Assembly: GCA_000175855.1 (NCBI GenBank)
Contig: ACYB01000044.1
Location: forward strand, 1-15,071
DNA from: Raphidiopsis brookii D9
GTDB taxonomy: Bacteria; Cyanobacteriota; Cyanobacteriia; Cyanobacteriales; Nostocaceae
Direction of reading: 5' to 3'
Length of the DNA stretch: 15,071 nucleotides
Shown here: positions 6,919 to 15,071 of the stretch, piece after piece
How the letters are laid out: each line of letters opens with the position of its first letter
Numbering within the stretch: the first letter of the stretch is position 1
Position numbers and translations under genes: made by a program
The notes under the pieces: generated by a model
What the model was told of the DNA's origin: nothing
Database searches by the model: none
Seen by the model: the letters and a program-made list of their open reading frames with translations, nothing else

Positions 6919-9025
6919 GTTGACTGAGGTCAAATTCCCCTTGAGTAGTGAGCATTATGGCATGAATCAAGGCTTTTCCTTTGAGGAGTGTTTCCTGAAA
7001 CTCCATTTGGGGATCCGAAAGTGCGACAATACCACCACCAACCCCGATCACAGTTTGTTCAGCTGTGAGTACAGCAGTGCGAATCACAATGTTCAAATCA
7101 GCTGAACCATTCAAACCCAAAAAGCCGATCGCTCCTGAATATACTCCTCTTGCTTCTTGTTCTAATCGGTCAATAATTTCCATAGTTCTGATTTTTGGAG
7201 CACCTGTCATTGAACCACCAGGGAAAGCATTACGAATGCAATCTATAGCAGTCATGCCTTCACGTAAATAACCCCGAATAGTTGTTACCAGTTGATGTAC
7301 AGTGGCATAAGTTTCTACTTCCATTAAGTTGGGAACATGGACAGTACCAACTGCACAAACCCTTCCTAAATCATTACGAAGTAAGTCCACAATCATCAAA
7401 TTTTCGGCCCGATCTTTTTCGCTAGTCCGCAATCTTTCACCCAGGATAAAATCTTCCTCTGGTGTTTTTCCGCGTGGGAGTGTTCCCTTGATGGGTTTGG
7501 TTTCTACCCAACCTCGACAATCTATTTTTAAAAATCGTTCAGGAGATGAACAGGCGATCGCCAGATCACCGAAACGCAAAAATGCCGAGTAGGGAGCAGG
7601 ATTAATTGAGCGTAATGTGCGATAAAATGCCAGTGGATCGGGAGTGGCATTTGTTTTAATTTGATTAGTTAAACAAACTTGATAAGTTTCTCCTTCATGA
7701 ATTTCGTCCAGACTTTTCTGGATATCATTAAGATAAGTTTTTTTGCATCGACTTAATCGAAAATTCACTGATGTTTCTTTTTTTTCAGCAACAACGGGAG
7801 ACAGAGGAGGCAGATTTTTAAGCTGTTGTTCCATCCATGTAAACCAGGTTTCTGCTGAACTTGTTTCTCCTTGCTGAGTTAGGAAAATTAAATAAAGGGT
7901 TTGTTCTTGATGATCAATCGCAATCATGCGATCCACAAACAAAAACATAGCGTCAGGTAAGGGAGAAGGATGGTTTAATTTAACTCCAAATTCTGCCTTT
8001 AGTTCATAGCCAAAATAACCAACAAACCCACAGTTAAAATCAAATGGTAAATTATCAGATGAACATTGTCTTTGTTCCAGTTCCCCCTTGAGATATTGAA
8101 AAATACCCTCTTTCTTCAAGCTGATATGATTAGATTTTATCATCCTCAGTTCTTGGGACTGTGTTTGATAACGAATCAATAAACTGTTTTCACCATTACT
8201 ATCTCCCATAAAAGAAAAACGAGAAAGACCTGTTTCAACAAGACTACTGTCTAACCAGAAAGCATTGGGTGATTCGCCAAACAAATGTACGAACATTTGC
8301 TCAGCATCAGCATAAAGGTTTAATTTACGAGTACAAATTTCAAATTTTTGCTGCTGTTTTTCTCCAACATGGTTAGTTGGTAAAGGTGCATTTTGATTAT
8401 TTACTATCCAAGATTTCTGACTAGAAATTTTATCATTATCTTGCAGAAATTTATGAGTAATCCGTTTAAAGTTCTCAAATAAAGTATGTCCATATTCAGT
8501 ACAGATTGACTCTGGATGAAACTGCACACCCCACCGTGGTAAAAAACGATGACGTATTCCCATAATCAGATTGTCTTCTGTCCATGCCACTTTTTCTAAA
8601 CAGTCTGGTAAGTCATCTGCAACTAATAAGGAATGATAACGTACAGCAGAAAAAGGAGAAGGAATACCTGTAAACATATCAGTTCCATAATGGTAAATAT
8701 CACTCAAGCGACCATGATGAACTTCTGGTGCATGAATAACTTTTCCTCCATACTCATTACCCAGTCCTTGATGTCCCAAACATACACCTAAAAGTGGAAC
8801 TTTTGTATTTTGAATAGCTTGATGACAAATACCAAAATCTTTTAAATTCTCAGGACGACCAGGCCCTGGTGAAATCACAATATTATCAAATTCCCACTTT
8901 TGTAGTTCTTCCCATGCCATTTGGTTATTGTACACTACAGTGGGATATTCTCCATTAACTTCGGCAATTAATTGATAAAGATTAAAAGTGTAGGAGTCGT
9001 AGTTGTCAATAATTAGGGTTTTCAT
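6905..9025 (-). CDS. pabAB: Bifunctional aminodeoxychorismate synthase (fused glutamine amidotransferase PabA and chorismate-binding PabB)
   Basis: The ORF extends to 9043; MKTLIIDNYDSYTF suggests a start at 9025. Amidotransferase motifs: IDNYDSYTFNLYQ, ISPGPGRP, GVCLGHQ, FHPES. Chorismate-binding motifs: CSSPERFLK, PIKGT, DLLRNDLGRV, PGGSMTGAPK. PIKGT, rather than PIAGT, favours ADC synthase over anthranilate synthase. Confidence 0.85.
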   Translation of the reverse strand: MKTLIIDNYDSYTFNLYQLIAEVNGEYPTVVYNNQMAWEELQKWEFDNIVISPGPGRPENLKDFGICHQAIQNTKVPLLGVCLGHQGLGNEYGGKVIHAPEVHHGRLSDIYHYGTDMFTGIPSPFSAVRYHSLLVADDLPDCLEKVAWTEDNLIMGIRHRFLPRWGVQFHPESICTEYGHTLFENFKRITHKFLQDNDKISSQKSWIVNNQNAPLPTNHVGEKQQQKFEICTRKLNLYADAEQMFVHLFGESPNAFWLDSSLVETGLSRFSFMGDSNGENSLLIRYQTQSQELRMIKSNHISLKKEGIFQYLKGELEQRQCSSDNLPFDFNCGFVGYFGYELKAEFGVKLNHPSPLPDAMFLFVDRMIAIDHQEQTLYLIFLTQQGETSSAETWFTWMEQQLKNLPPLSPVVAEKKETSVNFRLSRCKKTYLNDIQKSLDEIHEGETYQVCLTNQIKTNATPDPLAFYRTLRSINPAPYSAFLRFGDLAIACSSPERFLKIDCRGWVETKPIKGTLPRGKTPEEDFILGERLRTSEKDRAENLMIVDLLRNDLGRVCAVGTVHVPNLMEVETYATVHQLVTTIRGYLREGMTAIDCIRNAFPGGSMTGAPKIRTMEIIDRLEQEARGVYSGAIGFLGLNGSADLNIVIRTAVLTAEQTVIGVGGGIVALSDPQMEFQETLLKGKALIHAIMLTTQGEFDLSQLNVV
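7554..7561. repeat. HIP1 octameric palindrome GCGATCGC
   Basis: Exact GCGATCGC read within GGCGATCGCC. Confidence 0.95.
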
Positions 9026-9193
9026 TTTTTTGGTAAATCTCACCGAAAAAGTTGAAATTGAGACACTAACACTGGACTCTTAGCTTTAGTTATGGGTGAG
9101 TCTAGTTGGTACGAACTGAGATCATGTGGACCAGGATACTCTGGGTAAACGAATTATTGTTTTTTTTGTTTTTTTAATCTTCCACTTGGTATC

Positions 9194-10378
9194 CTACCAA
9201 TCAACTTGCGATCGCTCTTTTAATACTTTCTCATAAACCGCAATAGTTTTTTGAGCCAATTGTGTCCAGCAAAAACGGCGCTCCAACTCTTGATATGCAT
9301 TATCTACTAGCCATTTTCCATAACCAGGATTTTTCAAGACTTCTAAGATTCCCCATGCTAATGAGTGGGGATTATTTACCTGAGTGATGATTCCCGTTTT
9401 TGTATGTTCAATAACCTCTGGAAAACCACCAGTATCGGAGACTATCACTGGTACTCTCGCAGCAAAACTCTCTAAGGCCACAATCCCAAAGGGTTCATAT
9501 AAACTGGGGAAAACTGCACAATCAGCTAGGGTTTGAAATTTATCTAAGTAATCGTCAGAAAGGAAACCTGTGAAATAACATTTGTCCCAAATTCCTAAAT
9601 CCCAAGCTTGTTGTTTTAAATGATCCGTATTCCCACCACCAATGATCACAAATTTCACATAACCAGCCATTTCCCAGAGAATTTGAGGAGCAGCGTTGAG
9701 TAATACCGGTATGCCCTTTTCGTGGGTTATTCTCCCAACATAATACACTATTTTCTCATGATCAGCCGCAAATTGCCGACGAAAGTTTTGGGCATGAAAA
9801 TCCCGATGATGACGTTTTTTCTCCGGACGAATACCATTATAAATTATATCTATTTTGTCCAAAGGACTGTGCAAGGCTCTGCTCACTTCCTTTTGCATAT
9901 ATTCGGTACAAACAATAATTCGCCAGGCATTATATGCCAATTCATTTTCTTTACTATGTACATAGTTTTGGATATCATTATGAATCCCATTACATCTTCC
10001 ATATTCTGTTGCATGAATAGTAGCAACTAAAGGAATTTTGAAATTGTGTTTTAGGGCGATCGCCGCATCCCCTACTAACCAATCATGGGCATGAATAATA
10101 TCAAAATATCCTTGCTTAATTAATTTACCACCATAATGACCCATACTCTGATTTAAATTGACTACCCAGTGAAAAAAATCATGGCTATGGGCTACTGGTA
10201 CTCGGTGCACATAAACACCTTCCACCACTTCATAAGGGGATGCTTGTTTCACATCGGGTGTAATTAGGTGAATTTCATGTCCTAATTTCACCAATTCTGG
10301 GTATAGCTCTCCCACATGACGAGCAATACCTCCAACTATCCTTGGTGGAAATTCCCAACTTAGTACCAGTATCTTCAT
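9194..10378 (-). CDS. Glycosyltransferase family 4 (GT-B fold, starch/glycogen-synthase-like N-terminus)
   Basis: 394 aa. MKILVLSWEFPPRIVGGIARHVGELYPEL N-terminus, FDIIHAHDWLVG, YYVGRITHEKGIPVLL, VFPSLYEPFGIVALESFAARVPVIVSDTGGFPEVI. Confidence 0.9.
   Translation of the reverse strand: MKILVLSWEFPPRIVGGIARHVGELYPELVKLGHEIHLITPDVKQASPYEVVEGVYVHRVPVAHSHDFFHWVVNLNQSMGHYGGKLIKQGYFDIIHAHDWLVGDAAIALKHNFKIPLVATIHATEYGRCNGIHNDIQNYVHSKENELAYNAWRIIVCTEYMQKEVSRALHSPLDKIDIIYNGIRPEKKRHHRDFHAQNFRRQFAADHEKIVYYVGRITHEKGIPVLLNAAPQILWEMAGYVKFVIIGGGNTDHLKQQAWDLGIWDKCYFTGFLSDDYLDKFQTLADCAVFPSLYEPFGIVALESFAARVPVIVSDTGGFPEVIEHTKTGIITQVNNPHSLAWGILEVLKNPGYGKWLVDNAYQELERRFCWTQLAQKTIAVYEKVLKERSQVDW
9208..9215. repeat. 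HIP1 octameric palindrome GCGATCGC
   Basis: Exact GCGATCGC in CTTGCGATCGCTC. Confidence 0.95.
10056..10063. repeat. HIP1 octameric palindrome GCGATCGC
   Basis: Exact GCGATCGC within GGCGATCGCC. Confidence 0.95.
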
Positions 10379-10597
10379 TCTTTTGACTCCCCGATACTTT
10401 ACAAAAATTCAAATAACTAACAGGAATTCGAGACTTTTATTTTTTTTATCAACCTCCAACCTTTGATGTGGTTTTTGGCTTTCTAGGTCTCACAAAACGC
10501 TACACCAATAATATAGCTTTAGCCATAACACCTGGGATGGGTTTTGATTTTCCTCATGCTTTATAATTTTTTATCCAATTTCCAGGTAGGTGAGTGG

Positions 10598-10647
10598 AGT
10601 TACGAATTTCCGGGGGATTTTGCTCCCCCTTCCTTGCGTAACTTTTT
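10598..10647 (+). terminator. Double-stem hairpin followed by TTTTT on the + strand
   Basis: Outer stem AGTTACG (10598-10604) / CGTAACT (10637-10643), inner stem GGGGGA (10612-10617) / TCCCCC (10624-10629), T run 10643-10647. No + strand gene lies upstream. On the - strand it falls downstream of lepA but lacks a T-tract. Confidence 0.45.
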
Positions 10648-10683
10648 GATGCTTTGTACACACCCAAATTGATCTCATATTGA

Positions 10684-12495
10684 CTAGCTTTGATCTAACT
10701 TTAACACAGCCATAAAAGCTTCTTGAGGTACATCTACTGTCCCTACAGCTTTCATCCGTTTTTTACCCTTAGCTTGTTTTTGCAAGAGCTTTTTCTTACG
10801 GCTAATATCACCACCATAGCACTTAGCCAAAACATCTTTTCTCAAAGCAGGAATATGTTCACTAGCAATCACTTTAGTGCCTATAGCAGCCTGGATAGGA
10901 ACTTTAAACTGATGACGTGGAATTAATTCCTTCAACTTTTCGGCCATGGATCTACCCACATTATAGGCTTTATCTCGATGAACGATCATTGCCAGGGAGT
11001 CTACCGGGTCACCATTGATCATAATATCCAATTTTACCAGAGGATTTTCACGGTAGCCAATTAGATGATATTCCATACTAGCATAGCCACGGGATCGGGA
11101 CTTCATCTGATCAAAAAAGTCCGTTACTACTTCAGCTAGGGGAATTTCGTATGTAAGAGTGGTTCTACCTTGGGTAAGATATTTCATATCCTTAAATACA
11201 CCCCGACGATTTTGTGATAACTCCATTAGAGTTCCTACAAAGGTTTCTGGAGTAATCATTTCTACCTGTACATAGGGTTCTTCTATTCTTTCTCGATCAT
11301 TAGGTGCTGGTAGGTGGCTTGGATTATCAATATACAGTTCCTCACCCTTGATAGTAATTACCTTATAAACCACGGAAGGAGCAGTAATAATCAAATCTAG
11401 ATTATATTCCCGCTCTAACCGCTCCTGGACAATTTCCATGTGCAGCAAACCTAAAAACCCACAACGAAAGCCAAATCCCATAGCACTGGAAGTTTCTGGT
11501 TCATACTGCAAAGCAGCATCATTCAATCTTAGCTTTTCTAAAGCCTCCCGCAAGTCTTCAAATTGGTCTGCATCTATGGGGAACATACCGCAAAAGACCA
11601 TGGGATTAGCTTCAGTATAACCTGGCAAAGCTTCGTCAGCTTTAGCCTTTGCTAATGTAATAGTATCACCCACTCGTGCATCAGCTACCGCCTTAATCGC
11701 CGCAGCTAGATAACCTACCTCTCCCGCATGCAATTCTTCTACTTGGGTTTGGTTGGGACAAAGAACCCCTAACTCGTCAATTTCATACTCCTTGTCGGAG
11801 GCCATCAAATAAATGCGATCGCCTTTTTTGACTGTGCCATCCATTACTCGGAAATAAACTATTACTCCCCGGTAACTATCATAATAGCTATCAAAGATCA
11901 AAGCCCTTAATCTTTGACTGACAGTATCAGCTGCTGGGGGTATGCGCTCGACTATAGCCTCCAAAATTTCTGGAATACCTATTCCTTCCTTAGCAGAGGC
12001 TAAAATTGCTCCGCTACAATCCAGTCCAATAATTTCCTCAATTTCTCCAATGACCCGATTTGGTTCTGCTCCTGGTAAATCAATTTTATTTAATACGGGG
12101 ATAATTTCCAGGTCATGTTCCAAGGCCAAGTACACATTGGCTAGGGTTTGAGCCTCCACACCTTGGGAAGCATCAACTACCAATAAAGCACCTTCACAAG
12201 CAGCTAAAGAGCGTGAAACTTCATAGGAAAAGTCTACATGACCAGGAGTATCAATTAAGTTCAACACATACTGCTGTCCATCCTTAGCGGTATAATTCAT
12301 GCGGGCAGCTTGCAGCTTAATTGTAATGCCACGCTCCCGTTCTAGATCCATATTATCTAGGAACTGCTCTTTCATTTGTCGGTCTTCTACGGTCCCGGTG
12401 GACTGGAGTAAACGATCAGCCAGGGTGGACTTCCCATGATCTATATGAGCGATAATACAGAAGTTGCGAATGCGAATGGCGGGAACCTCAGTCAT
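10684..12495 (-). CDS. lepA: Elongation factor 4 (LepA), back-translocating ribosomal GTPase
   Basis: 603 aa. [63 protein letters not shown] and a complete LepA C-terminal domain ([36 protein letters not shown]). Confidence 0.98.
   Translation of the reverse strand: MTEVPAIRIRNFCIIAHIDHGKSTLADRLLQSTGTVEDRQMKEQFLDNMDLERERGITIKLQAARMNYTAKDGQQYVLNLIDTPGHVDFSYEVSRSLAACEGALLVVDASQGVEAQTLANVYLALEHDLEIIPVLNKIDLPGAEPNRVIGEIEEIIGLDCSGAILASAKEGIGIPEILEAIVERIPPAADTVSQRLRALIFDSYYDSYRGVIVYFRVMDGTVKKGDRIYLMASDKEYEIDELGVLCPNQTQVEELHAGEVGYLAAAIKAVADARVGDTITLAKAKADEALPGYTEANPMVFCGMFPIDADQFEDLREALEKLRLNDAALQYEPETSSAMGFGFRCGFLGLLHMEIVQERLEREYNLDLIITAPSVVYKVITIKGEELYIDNPSHLPAPNDRERIEEPYVQVEMITPETFVGTLMELSQNRRGVFKDMKYLTQGRTTLTYEIPLAEVVTDFFDQMKSRSRGYASMEYHLIGYRENPLVKLDIMINGDPVDSLAMIVHRDKAYNVGRSMAEKLKELIPRHQFKVPIQAAIGTKVIASEHIPALRKDVLAKCYGGDISRKKKLLQKQAKGKKRMKAVGTVDVPQEAFMAVLKLDQS
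11815..11822. repeat. HIP1 octameric palindrome GCGATCGC
   Basis: Exact GCGATCGC in AAATGCGATCGCC, inside lepA. Confidence 0.95.
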
Positions 12496-12711
12496 ATACC
12501 ATCTTTGCTTGATTAGCAGTCAAAATTTAAAAGTATTCACTTCATGTATTTTAATGCTTTATTGGACAATGGGTAATACATGATTGGCAATTCCTGCTCT
12601 TCCCCACTAAATCGGTAAATTGATTTTCAGGATATGATGTCACTGGATATAAAAACTGCCAGTTACAAATTGGTTATCTGGGGTTGGGCAATTTTTTGGG
12701 AATATAAACCT

Positions 12712-12948
12712 ATGAATATGGAAAAACATCACAATAAAACGGATAATACAAACGCCGAAAAAATAGAAATAGCATTACGTCTGGACTCGGAATTGATCGC
12801 TCAGATTCAACATCTCACCAATGACCCCAGTAAGGTCATAGAGGTTGCCATTCGTCAGTGGTTACGGGGAGATTTTCCCAGGGATGATGAACTGACTCGT
12901 ACCCCTATGCGCACCCCTGTCCCCCCAAGGGGTGAATGGAATGATTGA
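12712..12948 (+). CDS. Small ribbon-helix-helix-like protein, possible transcriptional regulator or antitoxin-like
   Basis: The predicted ORF starts at 12634, but the internal ATG at 12712 (MNMEKHHNKTDNTNAEKIEIALRLDSELIAQIQHLTNDPSKVIEVAIRQWLRGD) fits better. IEIALRLDSELIAQI...NDPSKVIEVAIRQWL is a beta-strand/helix/helix pattern typical of RHH/CopG-like proteins. Confidence 0.55.
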   Translation: MNMEKHHNKTDNTNAEKIEIALRLDSELIAQIQHLTNDPSKVIEVAIRQWLRGDFPRDDELTRTPMRTPVPPRGEWND

Positions 12949-13028
12949 GTCTCGACTTTCAACCACCCTAACTATGAGAAAAATCGGCTAAGCTTAAAGC
13001 TGTCCCCTACTAAACAGGTACCAAAACT

Positions 13029-13259
13029 ATGGAACTAACTCTTGAAAACGTTGAAACTGTACTAGATGAAATGCGACCCTACTTAATGTCCGATGGGGGT
13101 AATGTGGAAGTGGTAGAATTGGATGGACCAATTGTGAAACTACGCTTACAAGGGGCTTGCGGTTCTTGTCCTAGTTCTACTATGACACTAAGAATGGGCA
13201 TTGAACGCCGTCTCAAAGAAATGATTCCCGAAATTGGTGAAGTAGAACAGGTATTTTAA
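13029..13259 (+). CDS. Nfu/NifU C-terminal domain Fe-S scaffold protein
   Basis: 76 aa. [62 protein letters not shown] contains the CxxC motif of NifU C-terminal domains. Confidence 0.93.
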   Translation: MELTLENVETVLDEMRPYLMSDGGNVEVVELDGPIVKLRLQGACGSCPSSTMTLRMGIERRLKEMIPEIGEVEQVF

Positions 13260-13278
13260 CAGCTAAGGTAAAATTAGA

Positions 13279-13330
13279 AGAGGGACAAAGGATGCATTGG
13301 TAAGTTAATTCCCATCATCCTCTGCCCTTT
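13279..13330. terminator. Long-loop hairpin between convergent nfu-like and sufE-like genes
   Basis: AGAGGG (13279-13284) / CCCTTT (13325-13330, one G-T pair) and AGGATG (13289-13294) / CATCCT (13316-13321), with a 21-nt loop. Weak as a canonical terminator. Confidence 0.3.
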
Positions 13331-13768
13331 CTACTGGGCTTTTGGATCACATTCTAGCGCCTTTTTTTGCATGGTTCTGAAGATGTTGTAAAAACCATTG
13401 GCGCGGGAAGGTGTGAGACTAACGTTTAATCCCGTTGCCTGGATAAATTCCGGGGTTAGTTGTATAATTTCTTTAGGAGTTAATCCATTTAATCCTTCTA
13501 TTAAAAGTGCTAATAATCCCTTGGTTAGCTGAGAATCCGAATCTCCTGCAAACATTACCTTGCTGTCATGAAGTGTAGCTGTAACATATACCTGAGAAAC
13601 ACAACCGGGAACTTTGTTTTCTGGTACTTTGCCTGCTTGGGCAAACTCAGGTAGTTTCTGTGCATACCAAATTAGCTGTTGATAGCGACGCTTAGGATCG
13701 GAAGCACGTTGAAATCTTTGAACGATCTTCCCCAGAGCGGGTGGTAAGGAATCAGGACTCAAGGACAT
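13331..13768 (-). CDS. SufE-family protein (cysteine desulfurase sulfur acceptor)
   Basis: 145 aa. LPPALGKIVQRFQRASDPKRRYQQLIWYAQKLPEFAQAGKVPENKVPGCVSQVYVTATL...FAGDSDSQLTKGLLALLIEGLNGLTPKEI is typical of the SufE/CsdE family. Confidence 0.93.
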   Translation of the reverse strand: MSLSPDSLPPALGKIVQRFQRASDPKRRYQQLIWYAQKLPEFAQAGKVPENKVPGCVSQVYVTATLHDSKVMFAGDSDSQLTKGLLALLIEGLNGLTPKEIIQLTPEFIQATGLNVSLTPSRANGFYNIFRTMQKKALECDPKAQ

Positions 13769-13834
13769 AGTAAATTGAGAAAGTAATCTATCTGATTTTG
13801 AGTTTAACGCAGCAGGAAATTCACGGAAAGTTTT

Positions 13835-15067
13835 CTAAAAATGAACGTAGGTGGTTGAAGGTTTAGTTTCGCGTGATAGGCGTTTCACACCTTGCTTGAC
13901 AAATGTTTCCAATAGTAACAGGGTCTGATTTTCTTGGAATACCCTTTGCAGGACTCCACCTAGTGTTTCCATATTTAACTGACGGTCACTTGTCAAAGCT
14001 ATATCTTGCTGTTCAAAGTACTCGATTAAACTTAAACCAGCTATTCTAGTTAAATAGGCCGCACTGACACCTTCTACCATTCCCCCAGCGAAAAAAGTGA
14101 CAGCATTGGTTTTTAAAACACCCGTTACCGCTTTGGTAGACAATTCTACCAATCCCAACTTGAACATTAAGTTTGCCAGGGTTCTAGCCACCTTTTGAGC
14201 TTGGTCAAGGGAGATTTTTTGTAGATAGATATTACTCAAATCCATAACCATTTGACCGGTAATGGCCACAGTTGCTAATATATCCAAAGCGGGTAGGGGA
14301 TTAGCAAATGCAGCAGCACCAGCGATCCACTGATTTTGTTCTACAATAGGTAAGGAGCGATCGCGTCTAATAGAATTCAAGCAACTTCTAGCTTGGGTTT
14401 TTAAAAATAGGGACTTGCGCCATGTGGTTGCACAAACCAACTGTGGTATTTGTTGTGCCAAAATAACCGTGAGCTGTTCTACTAACTGTTGAATATTGGG
14501 TGTTGGTTGTTCCATCCCCTCTTGAATGGATCCATCAGCAAGATGCTTTCTGACTTTTATGGGTAGGGGAGAAGCAGAAGTAGCAAGCACATGACCAGGG
14601 AATGTTTGTTGTAGGGATTGCAGAATAATTATGCGTTCCTCCGTCATATACTGGTCTTGCTTATTGAAAACTAGTAGGACTAATTGTTGAGTAGATCGTA
14701 ATTTTTGTAAAACGTCTAGTTGGGATGCGGTAAGGTCTCCATTAGTGATAAATAACACCAAATCAGATTTTTGTAATGTTAACAAAATAGCAGGATCATC
14801 ATCCTGACTGAGCCTTGTAAATAAAGGTAATGTTTCCACCAACTCCCAGGGGTTAGCAGATAAATTAGATACTGTTTTGAGAAGTCGAATTATGGTACTT
14901 TTGCCTACAGACTTACCACCGGTAACCGCGATTTGCACTTCCTTTCTATCTAGTTCCAAAGTCAATTTAGCCAGTTGTTCTTGTAGAATTGACAGACTTG
15001 GGTGATTAACCACCTCATTTGCGATTTGGTGAATAATAGATTGGGCTTGACTGATAACAGCTTCCAC
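13835..15067 (-). CDS. GTPase-like P-loop protein with DUF697-like hydrophobic C-terminal region
   Basis: 410 aa. Walker A VTGGKSVGKST, G4-like VLVFNKQDQ, C-terminal hydrophobic region with ALDILATVAITGQMVMDLSNIYLQ. The suggested start is GTG at 15067-15065. The frame stays open to the window edge, so the true start may lie outside. Confidence 0.75.
   Translation of the reverse strand: MEAVISQAQSIIHQIANEVVNHPSLSILQEQLAKLTLELDRKEVQIAVTGGKSVGKSTIIRLLKTVSNLSANPWELVETLPLFTRLSQDDDPAILLTLQKSDLVLFITNGDLTASQLDVLQKLRSTQQLVLLVFNKQDQYMTEERIIILQSLQQTFPGHVLATSASPLPIKVRKHLADGSIQEGMEQPTPNIQQLVEQLTVILAQQIPQLVCATTWRKSLFLKTQARSCLNSIRRDRSLPIVEQNQWIAGAAAFANPLPALDILATVAITGQMVMDLSNIYLQKISLDQAQKVARTLANLMFKLGLVELSTKAVTGVLKTNAVTFFAGGMVEGVSAAYLTRIAGLSLIEYFEQQDIALTSDRQLNMETLGGVLQRVFQENQTLLLLETFVKQGVKRLSRETKPSTTYVHF
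14357..14364. repeat. HIP1 octameric palindrome GCGATCGC
   Basis: Exact GCGATCGC in GGAGCGATCGCGT, inside the GTPase-like gene. Confidence 0.95.
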
Positions 15068-15071
15068 TCTA

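Noticed and set aside
6800-7105. + strand ORF of 101 aa across the luxR/pabAB junction
   Set aside because: It is out of frame with the LuxR HTH coding sequence and antisense to pabAB. No domain was recognised.
9131-9175. Small CCAG/CTGG hairpin followed by T8-G-T7, considered as a + strand terminator
   Set aside because: The stem is only about 4-5 bp, it lies too far from the T-tract, and no + strand gene is upstream. More likely an AT-rich intergenic homopolymer.
9722-10030. + strand ORF of 102 aa antisense to the GT4 gene
   Set aside because: The opposite strand encodes clear GT4 motifs, so this frame is a shadow ORF.
11438-12151. + strand ORFs (11438..11620 and 11942..12151) antisense to lepA
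   Set aside because: lepA is intact and highly conserved. These frames show no protein-family features.
1-15071. CRISPR array, tRNA/rRNA, transposon or defence island
   Set aside because: I saw no regularly spaced repeats, no transposase or integrase ORFs, no tRNA-like fold and no defence-family proteins. The gene content is mostly housekeeping.

Overview
This ~15 kb window looks like ordinary AT-rich cyanobacterial chromosome, probably Nostocales. The supporting signals are HIP1 GCGATCGC sites, a CIA30/SDR fusion, a DUF3386-like protein, a PRC-barrel protein and a GUN4 domain. Confidently recognised genes: LepA/EF4, a fused PabA-PabB aminodeoxychorismate synthase, a GT4 glycosyltransferase, a GAF-LuxR regulator, an Nfu-type protein, a SufE-family protein, an alpha/beta hydrolase, a PPOX/HugZ-like protein and a GTPase-like protein. 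I found no convincing new multi-gene defence or mobile system, and no CRISPR, tRNA or rRNA. The points most worth a second look are: (1) a small secreted-protein gene split exactly at an A8 homopolymer; (2) a chimeric or degraded HigA-like/GUN4 ORF at the left edge with an apparent 3' frameshift; (3) an orphan + strand terminator-like double hairpin downstream of lepA with no + strand gene upstream; (4) an SDR interrupted by a CIA30 domain (HCF173-like architecture); (5) a hydrolase and a GTPase with degenerate catalytic or switch motifs; (6) several bidirectional terminator hairpins and one tail-to-tail CDS overlap.
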